From an uncultured Chloroflexia bacterium (lineage in GTDB: Bacteria > Chloroflexota > Anaerolineae > CG2-30-64-16): a DNA stretch of 64,000 nucleotides. The notes beneath the pieces were generated by a model. That model searched no databases and was not told where the DNA came from. It worked only from the letters and a program-made list of their open reading frames with translations. Both the position numbers and the translations under genes were made by a program. The DNA lies in the NCBI GenBank assembly GCA_963774265.1, contig CAVZDU010000010.1, positions 192,001-256,000 on the forward strand. Reading direction: 5' to 3'. Shown here in pieces: positions 29,193 through 39,584 of this stretch. The stretch's first letter is position 1; the number at the start of each line of letters is the position of its first letter.

Positions 29193-29462
29193 ATGGCGAA
29201 GTACTTGGCCATTCACCCAGTGGGCAGCGAACTGACGGTGGAGGGCGGCACGCCCTTGGCAAAGTCGATTAAGGCCCACGTTACCTCAGATGCCTACTGG
29301 ATAGGCAGCATTTACGCACCGGAGACGGGTGCGCTCTATTGCACGTGGGACGCCAAGGATGCCGATGCCATCCGCAAGGTCCTGGCCAAGGCAGCGCCGG
29401 ACCTTCCCACGGAAGGGCCGTACCTAATCGCAATGAACATCCACAGCGAGGACTTCCGCTAG
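29193..29462 (+). CDS. DUF4242 / SCO4226-like small protein
   Basis: AAAGGAG RBS; MAKYLAIH...LYCTWDAKDADAIR. Confidence 0.7.
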   Translation: MAKYLAIHPVGSELTVEGGTPLAKSIKAHVTSDAYWIGSIYAPETGALYCTWDAKDADAIRKVLAKAAPDLPTEGPYLIAMNIHSEDFR

Positions 29463-29907
29463 CGGAGGACTCGGACCGCGGACCGCGGCTCGCGACGAGG
29501 GAATGGGCGGCTCACCCATTCCCTCCTGGATCTGTCTCCACTGTGCGAAGCGTTTGGTTCAGGAACCCATTAGGAGAAATAGAGCGGGGCCGCCTCCGCT
29601 CATCTCATGGAGGTACTCACAGCGCGGGCAGATCGATTCTGACATAGCCTCTGAAATTCGCGTCTTCTGACAGCAGAGCGTTGCGGCTCTCCTTGATGGG
29701 GTTGGCATGGTCGGCTCTTGACTCGCTCATTGTACGTCTGTTGCGTTTTTGACAGGATTCTGCGTTCATGGTAAAAATAGCATCACGGACGGAGAGATTG
29801 TACCACATGACCGTCTCTCCGATAAGTAGACCGCAAACTGGTAGCTTACAAGAGGCACTACGGGTAGTGGGTAGTGGGCCAGACACCACTACATCTAGTT
29901 GTCCCAT

Positions 29908-29979
29908 GCGGGTGTAGTACAGTGGTAGTACGTCTCCTTGCCAAGGAGAAGGTCACGGGTTCGAATCCCGTCACCCGCT
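29908..29979 (+). tRNA. tRNA-Gly(GCC)
   Basis: GCGGGTG acceptor, TTGCCAA loop, GGTTCGAATCC. Confidence 0.95.
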
Positions 29980-30086
29980 CTCTCGCACGAGAGTGCGTGC
30001 CTGATGGCTGAGGCAGATCAAAGAGGGCAGCCGGCCGGCGCCTGCAACCGCCGGTGGCCATCTGCATCAGCCTTTTCTTTTCTTGG

Positions 30087-30159
30087 GCCGAGGTAGCTCA
30101 GTTGGTAGAGCACGCGACTGAAAATTGCGGTGTCCCCAGTTCAAGTCTGGGCCTCGGCA
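30087..30159 (+). tRNA. tRNA-Phe(GAA)
   Basis: GCCGAGG/CCTCGGC, CTGAAAA loop. Confidence 0.95.
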
Positions 30160-30173
30160 CCTAGGTCGGGCAT

Positions 30174-30244
30174 TCGGGGGTCGTTCAACGGCAGGACAGC
30201 AGCCTTTGGAGCTGCGTATCGGGGTTCGAATCCCTGCCCCCGAG
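30174..30244 (+). tRNA. tRNA-Gln(TTG)
   Basis: TCGGGGG/CCCCCGA, CTTTGGA loop. Confidence 0.95.
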
Positions 30245-30298
30245 TCGGGGCAGGAATCGTTCACCGGTATGACGCCCGGTTCCAGCCTACGAATACGT

Positions 30299-30371
30299 GG
30301 TGGCCATAGCTCAATGGCAGAGCATCTGGTTGTGGCCCAGAAGGCTGTGGGTTCAAGCCCCACTGGCCACC
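30299..30371 (+). tRNA. tRNA-His(GTG)
   Basis: Encoded G-1, GTGGCCA/TGGCCAC, TTGTGGC loop, C73. Confidence 0.95.
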
Positions 30372-30439
30372 CCTTCGCAGAAAAGCCCGGCTTCCTTATC
30401 GGATGGCCGGGTGTTTTTGTTAACGGGTCGGAATAGTCA

Positions 30440-30943
30440 GTGCAGCGTGTTCTTGTCCTCAATGCGACATATGAGCCGCTGAGCATCATCTCCGTCCAGC
30501 GGGCCGTGGTCCTTCTGCTGAAGGAGAAGGCCGAGCTGGTGGAGGCGGCAGCGGAGCGCCTTCACGCGTCCTGCATGAGCGTTCCCGTACCCCTGGTCAT
30601 CCGTCTGGTCTACTTCGTTCGTATCCCCCAACCGGTGATGTTGACGCCGACGCGGCGCAGCGTCGCCTTACGCGATAACTACACCTGCCAGTATTGCGGC
30701 CAGGCGCCCGGTCGCGGCCAACTGACTCTCGATCACATCCTGCCGCGATCTCGCGGCGGGCAGACCACGTGGGAGAACGTTGTGGCCGCGTGCCGGACCT
30801 GCAATATGCGCAAAGGCAACCGCACACCGGAAGAGGCCCACATGAGCTTGCGAAAACACCCCAGTCGACCGCACTACATCGCGTTCCTGCTGCTGTCCGA
30901 GGCCGGACCAAAAGACGTGTGGCAGAAGTACGTCTATCGCTAA
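30440..30943 (+). CDS. HNH endonuclease (McrA-like)
   Basis: VLVLNATYEPL, RDNYTCQYCG, TLDHILPRSRGG..WENVVAACRTCNMRKG. Confidence 0.93.
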   Translation: MQRVLVLNATYEPLSIISVQRAVVLLLKEKAELVEAAAERLHASCMSVPVPLVIRLVYFVRIPQPVMLTPTRRSVALRDNYTCQYCGQAPGRGQLTLDHILPRSRGGQTTWENVVAACRTCNMRKGNRTPEEAHMSLRKHPSRPHYIAFLLLSEAGPKDVWQKYVYR

Positions 30944-30952
30944 ACCCATTGC

Positions 30953-31720
30953 CTACCGGACCAGATAGACAATCGAAACGATCACGCCGATAGTGATGAC
31001 CGTGTACCGCAGCACCGACGGCTTGATCCTTCCCGCCAGCTTCCCGCCAGCCACGCCTCCCAGGAGCGCGCCCACGGCCATCACTGCGGCTGCCGGCCAG
31101 ACCACCTGACCGGAGAAGAGAAAAAAGACCGCTGCGGCCGTGTTCGTAGCAAACGCCACCGCCTGCTTGAGCGCGTTAAGCCGCGTCAGGCTGTCGTCGA
31201 GGACGACCGCGAGCACTGCGAGGATGATGACGCTCAGCCCTGCACCGAAGTAGCCGCCGTAAATGGCTGCAATCCCAACAGGGATTGCAGCCCAACGCTC
31301 GCCAGCCACACCTGGCGACCGCCGGTTGGCGGAGCGTCGGACGACCCACTTGCGGAGGGGGTCTTGCAGGGCAAGCAAGCCCGATGCCAGCAGGATAAGG
31401 TAGGGCACCAGGTCACGGAAGAGCCGCTCGCCCGTGCGCAACAGCAGGATCCCCCCGATTAGCCCACCCACCACCCCGGCTGGAATGGCCCACCACAGCC
31501 GATGCTCCTGGCCCCGCAGGTCCCGGCGCTGCGCCATCGTTGCACCAAAGTAGCCGGGCAGCAATGCAACGGTGTTGGTGACATTGGCTGCAACGGCCGG
31601 CACGCCCACGGCGGTGAGCATGGGGAAGGTGATCAGGGTGCCGCCCCCTGCGAGCGCGTTGACCGCACCGGCCGCAACTGCGGCGAGCGCTATGAGGACG
31701 AAATCAAGACCTTCGAGCAT
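30953..31720 (-). CDS. Sulfite exporter TauE/SafE (TSUP) family protein
   Basis: [34 protein letters not shown]. Confidence 0.9.
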   Translation of the reverse strand: MLEGLDFVLIALAAVAAGAVNALAGGGTLITFPMLTAVGVPAVAANVTNTVALLPGYFGATMAQRRDLRGQEHRLWWAIPAGVVGGLIGGILLLRTGERLFRDLVPYLILLASGLLALQDPLRKWVVRRSANRRSPGVAGERWAAIPVGIAAIYGGYFGAGLSVIILAVLAVVLDDSLTRLNALKQAVAFATNTAAAVFFLFSGQVVWPAAAVMAVGALLGGVAGGKLAGRIKPSVLRYTVITIGVIVSIVYLVR

Positions 31721-31758
31721 GCTGGGAGTCCTTTCAATGACCGTGGCGGTTGGGAGTT

Positions 31759-31963
31759 AAAAGCAAAGCCGGGAATGGGGATCGGACCCACTCCCGGCCT
31801 TGTTGGGCGTCGTAGCACCTATTGGATAAACCGAGGTGATGCTACGACGCCGCGTTTGGTACTACGTTGGTCCATTCGCATCACCTCCCCGGTAATAGGA
31901 TGGCGTTTAAGGTGCCCTTGCGAGCAACAACCCCATTATCATCGGGAATGGCGGCGTTGTCAA
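31759..31963 (-). promoter_or_regulatory. Promoter + 18-aa uORF + alternative hairpins + terminator upstream of the TauE gene
   Basis: TTGACA-17-GATAAT (31963-31935); GGAGGTGA RBS; uORF 31875-31819 MDQRSTKRGVVASPRFIQ; terminator 31767-31800 with U-tract. Confidence 0.65.
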
Positions 31964-31975
31964 GTAAGCAACGTT

Positions 31976-34195
31976 CTAAACACCCCAGTTATCTTTGCTT
32001 TGGCGGTCGGGCTTCAACACTACCACCGCCAATGGCGGCAGCGTCATCGTCACCGAGTACGGCTGCGACTGCCAGTTGGACTGCTCCGCTTCCAGTGCGC
32101 CTGAGTTGCCGACGTTGCTGCCGAAGTAATACTCCGAGTCGCTGTTCAGGATCTCACGGTAGGTCGTCAGGCTGGGCACCCCCACGCGGTAGCCTTGTCG
32201 CACGACCGGTGTGAAGTTGCAGACGACCACCAGGTGGTCTTCCGGGTCGACGGCGTGGCGAATGTACGACAGAGCGCTGTTCTCCCAGTCATTCGCATCG
32301 ATCCACTCGAAGCCCTGCCAGTTGTAGTCCTGCTCATACAGGCTCGGCTCGCTGCGGTAAATCCGGTTCAGGTCCGCCACCCACCTCAGCAGCTTCGCGT
32401 GGGGCTCGAACTCGGTCAGGTGCCAGTCAAGGCTGGCGTTTTCGTTCCATTCATTCCACTGGCCGAAGTCCTGCCCCATGAAGAGCAGTTTCTTCCCCGG
32501 ATGCGTCCACATGAACCCATAGTAGAGCCGCAAGTTGGCGAACCGCTGCCAGAAGTCTCCCGGCATCTTGTCGGCCATCGAGTGTTTGAGATGGACGACT
32601 TCGTCATGCGAGATGGGCAGGATGAAGTTCTCGCTGAACGCATACATCAGGCCGAAGGTCAGCTTGTTGTGATGGTACTTGCGATACACCGGATCCTTCT
32701 GGATATAATCCAGCGTGTCGTGCATCCAGCCCATGTTCCACTTGAAATGGAATCCCAATCCACCGAGATAGACCGGCCGGCTCACCGCGGGGAAGGAGGT
32801 GGACTCCTCAGCACAGGTCACGGCGCCCGGATGCTCGATCCCAATGCGCTCGTTCATTTGTTTGAGGAATGCCATCGCTTCCAGGTTTTCGCGGCCGCCA
32901 TATTCGTTGGGCACCCACTCGGTGCGCGCATAATCGCGATAGAGCATTGAAGCGACCGCGTCGACGCGCAACCCGTCGATGTGGAACTTGTCGATCCAGA
33001 AGAGCGCGCTGTTGACCAGGAACTGCCGCACCTCATTGCGCTTGAAGTTGAAGATCTTGGTGCCCCATTCCAGGTGCTCGCCCTCCCGCCTGTCCGCATA
33101 TTCGTACAGCGCGGTGCCGTCGAACTCGATGAGGCCATAGTCGTTCTTCGGGAAGTGCGCGGGCACCCAATCCATGATCACGCCAATGCCGTTTTGGTGC
33201 ATCACGTCCACAAACGCCTGGAACTCATCTGGAGGTCCGAAGCGGCTGGTAGGCGCGAAGTAGCCGGTGACCTGATAACCCCACGAGGCATCCAGTGGGT
33301 GCTCGGTGACTGGCAGCAGTTCGATGTGGGTGTAACCCTGTTTCTTCACGAATTCCACCAGCCGCGCGGCCAGGTCGGGGTAAGTGAGATAGGTGTTTGA
33401 ATCAGGCACGCGCATCCAGGAGCCCAGGTGAACCTCATAGATGGACATGGGGGATCGTAGTAGGTCCTTGCGGGTGCGTTCGCTAATCCACTCAGCGTCG
33501 CCCCATTTGTGCTTCTCGATGTTCCAGACAATAGACCCGGTCTTCGGGCGCATCTCGGCCGCGAAGCCTTGTGGGTCAGTCTTCTGAAGGATCGCGTCCC
33601 CCTTGGTCTTGATCTCGTACTTGTAGTACGAGCCTTCCCCAAGCCCCGGGATGAACAGCTCCCAGATGCCCGAGCTGCCTCGCACGCGCATGGGGTGCCG
33701 GCGGCCGTCCCAGCCGTTGAAATCGCCAATCACGCTCACGCGCGCGGCATTCGGCGCCCAGACGGCAAAGCAAGTCCCCGGGACGTCCCCGAGGGTCATC
33801 ACCTGAGCACCCAGCTTCTCGTAGGTGCGGTAGTGGTTCCCTTCGTTGAACAACTGCAGGTCCAGGTCCCCAAGCACGGGAAGGAAGCTATAGGGGTCTC
33901 GAAACTGACGCATCTGGCCGTCTTTGTCCTCAGTGCGGATCTCATAAGAGAAGGTCGTTGAGACGCCGGGGAACTGCGCTTCAAAAAAGTCGGTGTTTTC
34001 CAGGCGTTCAAAGGGCGTCGGCGCTTCGCCTTCGCGCACCACCCAGGCGCGCTCGGCCATCGGCAAAAACGCCCGGACCGAGACCAGCGGCTTGCGCGCC
34101 AGCTTGACGACATGGGCGCCAAGCACTTCAAAGGGGTCGTGATGATACGCGTAGATAATTCGGTTAAGTTGATCCTGCGTAACAGTCGAGGGCAT
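31976..34195 (-). CDS. glgB: 1,4-alpha-glucan branching enzyme
   Basis: FAVWAPNA, IYEVHLGSW, SWGYQ, DGLRVDAVASM, AEEST, ISHDEVVH. Confidence 0.97.
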   Translation of the reverse strand: MPSTVTQDQLNRIIYAYHHDPFEVLGAHVVKLARKPLVSVRAFLPMAERAWVVREGEAPTPFERLENTDFFEAQFPGVSTTFSYEIRTEDKDGQMRQFRDPYSFLPVLGDLDLQLFNEGNHYRTYEKLGAQVMTLGDVPGTCFAVWAPNAARVSVIGDFNGWDGRRHPMRVRGSSGIWELFIPGLGEGSYYKYEIKTKGDAILQKTDPQGFAAEMRPKTGSIVWNIEKHKWGDAEWISERTRKDLLRSPMSIYEVHLGSWMRVPDSNTYLTYPDLAARLVEFVKKQGYTHIELLPVTEHPLDASWGYQVTGYFAPTSRFGPPDEFQAFVDVMHQNGIGVIMDWVPAHFPKNDYGLIEFDGTALYEYADRREGEHLEWGTKIFNFKRNEVRQFLVNSALFWIDKFHIDGLRVDAVASMLYRDYARTEWVPNEYGGRENLEAMAFLKQMNERIGIEHPGAVTCAEESTSFPAVSRPVYLGGLGFHFKWNMGWMHDTLDYIQKDPVYRKYHHNKLTFGLMYAFSENFILPISHDEVVHLKHSMADKMPGDFWQRFANLRLYYGFMWTHPGKKLLFMGQDFGQWNEWNENASLDWHLTEFEPHAKLLRWVADLNRIYRSEPSLYEQDYNWQGFEWIDANDWENSALSYIRHAVDPEDHLVVVCNFTPVVRQGYRVGVPSLTTYREILNSDSEYYFGSNVGNSGALEAEQSNWQSQPYSVTMTLPPLAVVVLKPDRQSKDNWGV

Positions 34196-34334
34196 GGGGT
34201 GACTCCTTCAGTACGGAAAGCGATCTTCACATCTGCAGGGTGATTATAGCACAGGACCGTTTGCATTGGGAAGTCGCATGCGCGTCCTGGCACAAAGAGG
34301 CGAGACCCTACGTCATTTGTCCGATATCTGGCGC

Positions 34335-34475
34335 TTGACATGAGACGAAAGGCGTGTATAATCGAAACGGTGTTGACAATCTATCATAGATTTATCCCTC
34401 AACCCCTGGTCCGCCCCGTCACCTGGAGAGGTGAGCAACAGGCCCCCGGCCCCCAATCCGGGGGCCTGTTCGCGC
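34335..34475 (+). promoter_or_regulatory. Consensus promoter and structured leader upstream of yitT
   Basis: TTGACA (34335-40), 16-bp spacer, TATAAT (34357-62); AACAGGCCCCCGG...CCGGGGGCCTGTT hairpin. Confidence 0.55.
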
Positions 34476-34515
34476 CTGTGGCTCGGCGGCCTTAGCCGGA
34501 TGCCTTTCCTGGACC

Positions 34516-35455
34516 GTGTCCGATGACCTTCACCTTACCCGAACCGCTCCGCCGCTTTCGCAAGCGCGTCCTGTTTCGCACCCGTTGGGCGTCGTGACCG
34601 GCCGCCTCTTCTTCGACATCGCGCTGATCCTCGTCGGCAGCGTGTGCATGGCGCTTTCGGTCGACATCTTCCTGGACCCCAATGACGTCGTCCCCGGCGG
34701 TTTCACCGCACTGGCCATGTTCGCCAATCGTCTCTGGGGCTGGCCGGTCGGCGCGACGCTGCTCGTGTTGAACATCCCCTTCCTGATCATCGGGATGCGG
34801 GTGCTGGGCATCCAATTCGGGCCAAAAACCATCGCGGCCGCCGCTATCTCCTCGCTGCTGATCGATCTGCTCAAGCCCTACCTGCCCACCGTCCAGGGCG
34901 AGCCGCTGCTCTACACCGCCTACGGCGGCCTGCTTTACGGGTTTGGCATGGCGCTCGTCTTCCGCGCGAACGCCACCACGGGCGGCACCGAGATTCCGGC
35001 GAAGCTGCTGGAGCATTTCCGTGGGATCCGTATGAGCCAGTCATTGCTGGCGATGGACATCGCGATCCTGTTTCCTGGCCGCCATCTTCTTCGGCCTCGC
35101 GCCGCGCTCTACGCGCTGATCGCCGCCTGGGTGATGGCGCGGGTGATCGACGCGGTCGAGGCTGGTTTCGAGTCGGGCAACACTGCGTTCATCGTCACCA
35201 ACGCGCCCGAGGCAGTACGCGACCGCATCATGGCTGACCTGGATCGGGGGGTCACCATGCTGCGCGGCGGAGGGCGGCTATACCGGCGCTGAGCGGGTCC
35301 TCCTCTTCACCGCCATCAACCGCCGCCAGATTCCCGCGCTGCGGGAAATCGTCCGCGGTGCGGATCCCGATGCCTTCGTCGTCCTCAGCCCCAGCCATGA
35401 GGTCCTCGGCGAGGGCTTCAAACCCCTGACCCGTGCATCCAAAGCCAACCGGTAG
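34516..35455 (+). CDS. YitT family membrane protein (frameshifts)
   Basis: PGGFTAL, LNIPF, ATTGGTEI, RGVT, DPDAFV, EVLGEGF. Confidence 0.88.
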
Positions 35456-35478
35456 GCGCAAGAAACGCCTTGCCTTAG

Positions 35479-35673
35479 TTGACATTCGCGCCCCTTCATG
35501 CTATACTCCATCTCAGCAGCCGACCCGTATGGGCGGCCAGCATTATCTGACCTGGTGAGCATTTCATAAAGTCGCTTGGATCGCATGTGCGACCGAGACG
35601 GCAGGCATGAAGGCGGGCGCGATCCCTCCTGACGGTACTTCTGCCCCTCGGCGCAAGCCAGGGGCTTTTATTT
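35479..35673 (+). ncRNA. Promoter + pan RNA motif-like leader + terminator
   Basis: TTGACA-17-TATACT; stem-loops with A-bulged 3' sides ending GACCGAGACGG; GCCCCT..AGGGGC+T-run terminator directly before panB. Confidence 0.65.
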
Positions 35674-35698
35674 GTTTGAGACAGGGGGAGGGCGACAC

Positions 35699-36598
35699 AT
35701 GACGCGCAAAAAGATGTCGATTCTGGCTCTGCAAGACAAGAAGACGCGCGGCGAGCCGATCACGATGGTCACCGCCTACGACTACCCGTCCGCGCTGGCC
35801 GCGGACCGTGCGGGGCTGGACACGCTCCTCGTCGGCGATTCCCTGGGCATGGTGGTGCTCGGCTACGAGTCTACCGTGCCGGTCACCGATGGAGGAGATG
35901 CTCCATCACTGTAAGGCCGTGCGCCGGGGCGCTCAATTCGCCTACCTCATCGGCGACATGCCCTTCATGTCCTATCAGTCGGACACGGGAGAGGCAATCC
36001 GCAACGCCGGACGCTTCCTCAAGGAGGCCGGGATGGACGCCGTCAAGCTCGAAGGTGGACGCGAGATGGCCCACACGATCCGTGCGATCACCAACGCCGG
36101 CATAACCGTGATTGCGCATATCGGCCTGACGCCACAGTCAGCCGCCAAGTTGGGCGGCTATCGGGTGCAGGGCAAGACCGCCCATGACGCGCAGCGCCTG
36201 CTCGATGATGCGCTTGCGGTCCAGGAAGCCGGCGCTGCGATGATTGTCCTCGAGATGGTCCCGGATCGCGTCGCCGAGCGCGGATCTCCAGGGAGCTGCG
36301 GATTCCGACCATCGGCATCGGCGCGGGAGTGGAATGCGACGGTCAGGTGCTGGTGTTGCACGATATGCTCGGGATATTCGATCGCTTCACGCCCAAATTC
36401 GCCAAGCGGTATGCCGAACTGTTCGCGGAGATGGAGCGTGCGCTTTCAGCATACCGGGAGGAGGTCACTGCTCGACAGTTCCCCGCGAGCGAACAATCTT
36501 TCCCGATCGAGGACGCCGAATGGCGCGCCTGGGTGGGCGACTCATCTGGCGCCACTGCCGTTGAGCCGGACTGGCACGGCCAGTTGGTCGGGCGTTGA
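35699..36598 (+). CDS. panB: Ketopantoate hydroxymethyltransferase (frameshifts)
   Basis: [40 protein letters not shown]. Confidence 0.95.
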
Positions 36599-36605
36599 GG
36601 CAGAC

Positions 36606-37507
36606 ATGCGCATAGCGGTGCTCGGGACCGGCGCCTTGGGGTGCATCTACGCCGCCCGCCTGGCTGCCCACGCTGACGTGTGCATGCTTGGCTCATGGGC
36701 GGATGGCGTTTCGGCTATCCGCGCCGGCGGCATCAATGTGCGTCGAACCGGATGGCCGGCTGTGGCGTGCGCAGGTGCCCGTTTACACGGACCCCGGGGA
36801 AGTCGCCGATGCCGATGTGGCGCTAGTGCTCGTCAAAAGCTATCAGACCCTGCGCGGCGGCAGAGTGGGCCGGCGACCTGCTCGCTGCGGGCGGTTTGGC
36901 CGTGACGCTGCAGAATGGGCTGGACAACTATGCCGCGCTCACCGAAGCGCTCGGTGCGGATCGGGCAGGGGTCGGAATAACCTACAACGGCGCGACTATG
37001 TTGTCGCCGGGCGAGGTACACCACGTCGCGCATAACCTCACGTACCTGGGAACCACGCCGATCAATGCGGAACGGATCGCCGCCTTGGCCCTGCTTCTGG
37101 ACCGCGCCGGACTGGAGACGCAGGTGTGTGAGGACATCGACGCTCGTTTGTGGGGGAAGGCGGTGGCAAACGCAGCCATCAACCCCCTGACCGCGCTGTG
37201 GAGGGTGACCAACGGGGCATTGCTGCAGTCCGTGGATCGCCGCTGGCTGCTGACACGGCTGGCGGAGGAGGCTGCCAATGTCGCACGGGCCAGGAGCATC
37301 TTGCTCCCGTTCGAGGATCCGGTGGCCTTTGTAGAATCGGTGTGCCGCACGACGGCGGCCAACCGTTCCTCCATGCTGCAAGATGTGGAGCGCGGCCGCC
37401 CGACCGAGATCGACAGCATCAACGGCATCATCGTAGCCGAAGGTCAAGCCTTGGGCGTTCATGTGGGTATTAACGAAGTCGTGTGGCGGCTCGTCCGCGC
37501 CCTATAA
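36606..37507 (+). CDS. panE: 2-dehydropantoate 2-reductase (frameshifts)
   Basis: MRIAVLGTGALG, LVKSYQT, LQNG, WGKAVANAAINPL, SSMLQD..TEIDSING. Confidence 0.92.
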
Positions 37508-37525
37508 TTCAGTCGAGGGAATCCT

Positions 37526-38359
37526 ATGCAAGTCGTCGGTACGATCAGCGAAGTCAGACGCATCCGAAAATCGGCGTCCGGTACCTGGGGTCTCGTTCCC
37601 ACCATGGGCTTTCTGCACGAGGGTCATCTTGCCCTGGTGCAGCGCGCCCGCCTTGAAAACGATCATGTAGCAGTCTCCATCTTCGTGAACCCGACCCAGT
37701 TCGGACCCACGGAAGATCTGTCCGCCTATCCGCGCGACCTTCAGGCTGACTTGCGGCTGCTGGCTGACTTGGGGGTGGACCTGGTGTGGACGCCTCCTGT
37801 CGACGAGGTATACGGACCCGGCTACCAGACCTACGTAACCGTGGAGGAGGTCACCAGGGTACTCGAAGGCGCCACGCGACCCACGCATTTCCGCGGGGTT
37901 GCCACGATCGTCGCCAAGCTATTCAATGTCTTTCAACCTGATCGTGCCTATTTCGGCCAGAAGGACGCGCAACAGGCTGTCGTCATTCAGCAGATGGTGC
38001 GCGATTTGGCCTTCCCGCTCGAGATCGTCGTCTGTCCCATCGTGCGTGAGCGGGATGGCCTCGCCAAGTCCTCGCGCAACATCTACCTCACCCCTGAGCA
38101 GCGAGCGGCCGCGCCGGTTCTCAATCGCGCACTGACCGCCGCGCGCCAGGCATGGCTGGCAGGGGAGCGTGACGGCGAGCGCCTGCGTCAGGTCATGGCT
38201 GACGTGCTTGCGGCGGAGCCGCTGGCGCAGGTGGACTACGTCAGCGCGGCCGACCCCGTCACTCTCGCCGAACTAGGCCAGGCGACGAATGGGGTGCTGC
38301 TTTCGATGGCCGTGCGCGTCGGTCGAGCCCGCCTGATTGACAATCTTTTGCTGTTGTAG
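37526..38359 (+). CDS. panC: Pantothenate synthetase
   Basis: VPTMGFLHEGH, SIFVNPTQF, FGQKDAQQ, RLIDN. Confidence 0.97.
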   Translation: MQVVGTISEVRRIRKSASGTWGLVPTMGFLHEGHLALVQRARLENDHVAVSIFVNPTQFGPTEDLSAYPRDLQADLRLLADLGVDLVWTPPVDEVYGPGYQTYVTVEEVTRVLEGATRPTHFRGVATIVAKLFNVFQPDRAYFGQKDAQQAVVIQQMVRDLAFPLEIVVCPIVRERDGLAKSSRNIYLTPEQRAAAPVLNRALTAARQAWLAGERDGERLRQVMADVLAAEPLAQVDYVSAADPVTLAELGQATNGVLLSMAVRVGRARLIDNLLLL

Positions 38360-38394
38360 AGACGTTGCATGCAATGTCTCCACTTGGAGGCTGA

Positions 38395-38781
38395 ATGATT
38401 CGGACATTTATGTTTGCGAAGATACACCGCGCCACTGTCACGGCGTCCAACGTCCATTACGTCGGGTCGATCACCATTGACTGTGAGCTCCTCAGGGCGA
38501 CGGGGATCAGGCCCTACGAGCGCGTACAAGTCGTGGACGTGGACAACGGCGCCCGGTTGGAAACCTACGTCATCGCCGGACCGCCAGGCAGCGGTGCCAT
38601 CGAGCTGAACGGCGCTGCCGCACGGTTGGTGAGCGTCGGCGATAAGGTCATCATCATGGCCTATGGGATGTTTGCGGAACCACTGCCCGACGACTGGGCG
38701 CCGATCGTGCTGATCATGGGCGAGGGCAACAGTGTCATTGAAACCCGGCGCGTCGAAGCACCGAGTGACATGTGCTGCTGA
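38395..38781 (+). CDS. panD: Aspartate 1-decarboxylase
   Basis: [31 protein letters not shown]. Confidence 0.97.
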   Translation: MIRTFMFAKIHRATVTASNVHYVGSITIDCELLRATGIRPYERVQVVDVDNGARLETYVIAGPPGSGAIELNGAAARLVSVGDKVIIMAYGMFAEPLPDDWAPIVLIMGEGNSVIETRRVEAPSDMCC

Positions 38782-38795
38782 AAGGAAGGCCGAGT

Positions 38796-39564
38796 ATGTT
38801 CCTCGCAATCGACATCGGGAACACCAACATCACGCTGGGCGTGTACGAGGCGGAGCACCTCCGCGCGACGTGGCGGCTTGCGACCGTACACGATCGGATG
38901 GCAGATGAGTACGGTATCGCACTGTTGCAGCTTATGGCGCACCGGGGCATCCATCCGGAACAAATCACCGGTGCAGCCATTGCCAGCGTGGTGCCCACAC
39001 TCACGGGCACGTTTCGCCGCGTCTGCGCCGAATATATCAGTCACGGATCCCCTGGTGGTCGACACAGGCGTAAAGACCGGAGTCCGTATCCGCTACGAGA
39101 ACCCGCGTGAGGTCGGTGCAGACCGTGTGGCGGACTGTGCCGCTGTTCAGGCGAAGTACGGCGGCCCCGCGTGCGTGGTCGATTTTGGCACAGCAACGAC
39201 TTTCGATGCCATCTCGCGCGAAGGCGAATACCTGGGCGGCGCCATCGCGCCCGGCATTGGGATCGCAGCCGAGGCGTTGTTTGCGCGCGCGTCCAACTTG
39301 TACCGGGTGGAAATCGCTGCACCGCCGCGCGCCATCGGCTCAAACACCGTGGCCGCCATGCAGGCGGGTATCTTCTTCGGCTATGTGGGCCTTGTGGAAG
39401 GGCTGGTTGCCCGCTTTTACAAGGAGCTGGGCGACGACATGAAGGTCATCGCCACGGGCGGATTGGCCGAAGTGGTCGCAAAAGAAACGCAGGTCATCCA
39501 ACACGTCGACCCGTGGCTGACGCTGGATGGCCTGCGCCTTATCTATGAGATGAACCGGAAGTAA
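38796..39564 (+). CDS. coaX: Type III pantothenate kinase (frameshift ~39040)
   Basis: [33 protein letters not shown]. Confidence 0.95.
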
Positions 39565-39584
39565 CTTCCTGGCCGCAGCGGCCT

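Noticed and set aside
30440-30943. HNH next to the tRNA cluster as an RNA-guided or homing nuclease
   Set aside because: Short stand-alone McrA-like family with no RuvC motifs, IS ends, array or intron context; a terminator (~30380-30420) separates it from the tRNAs.
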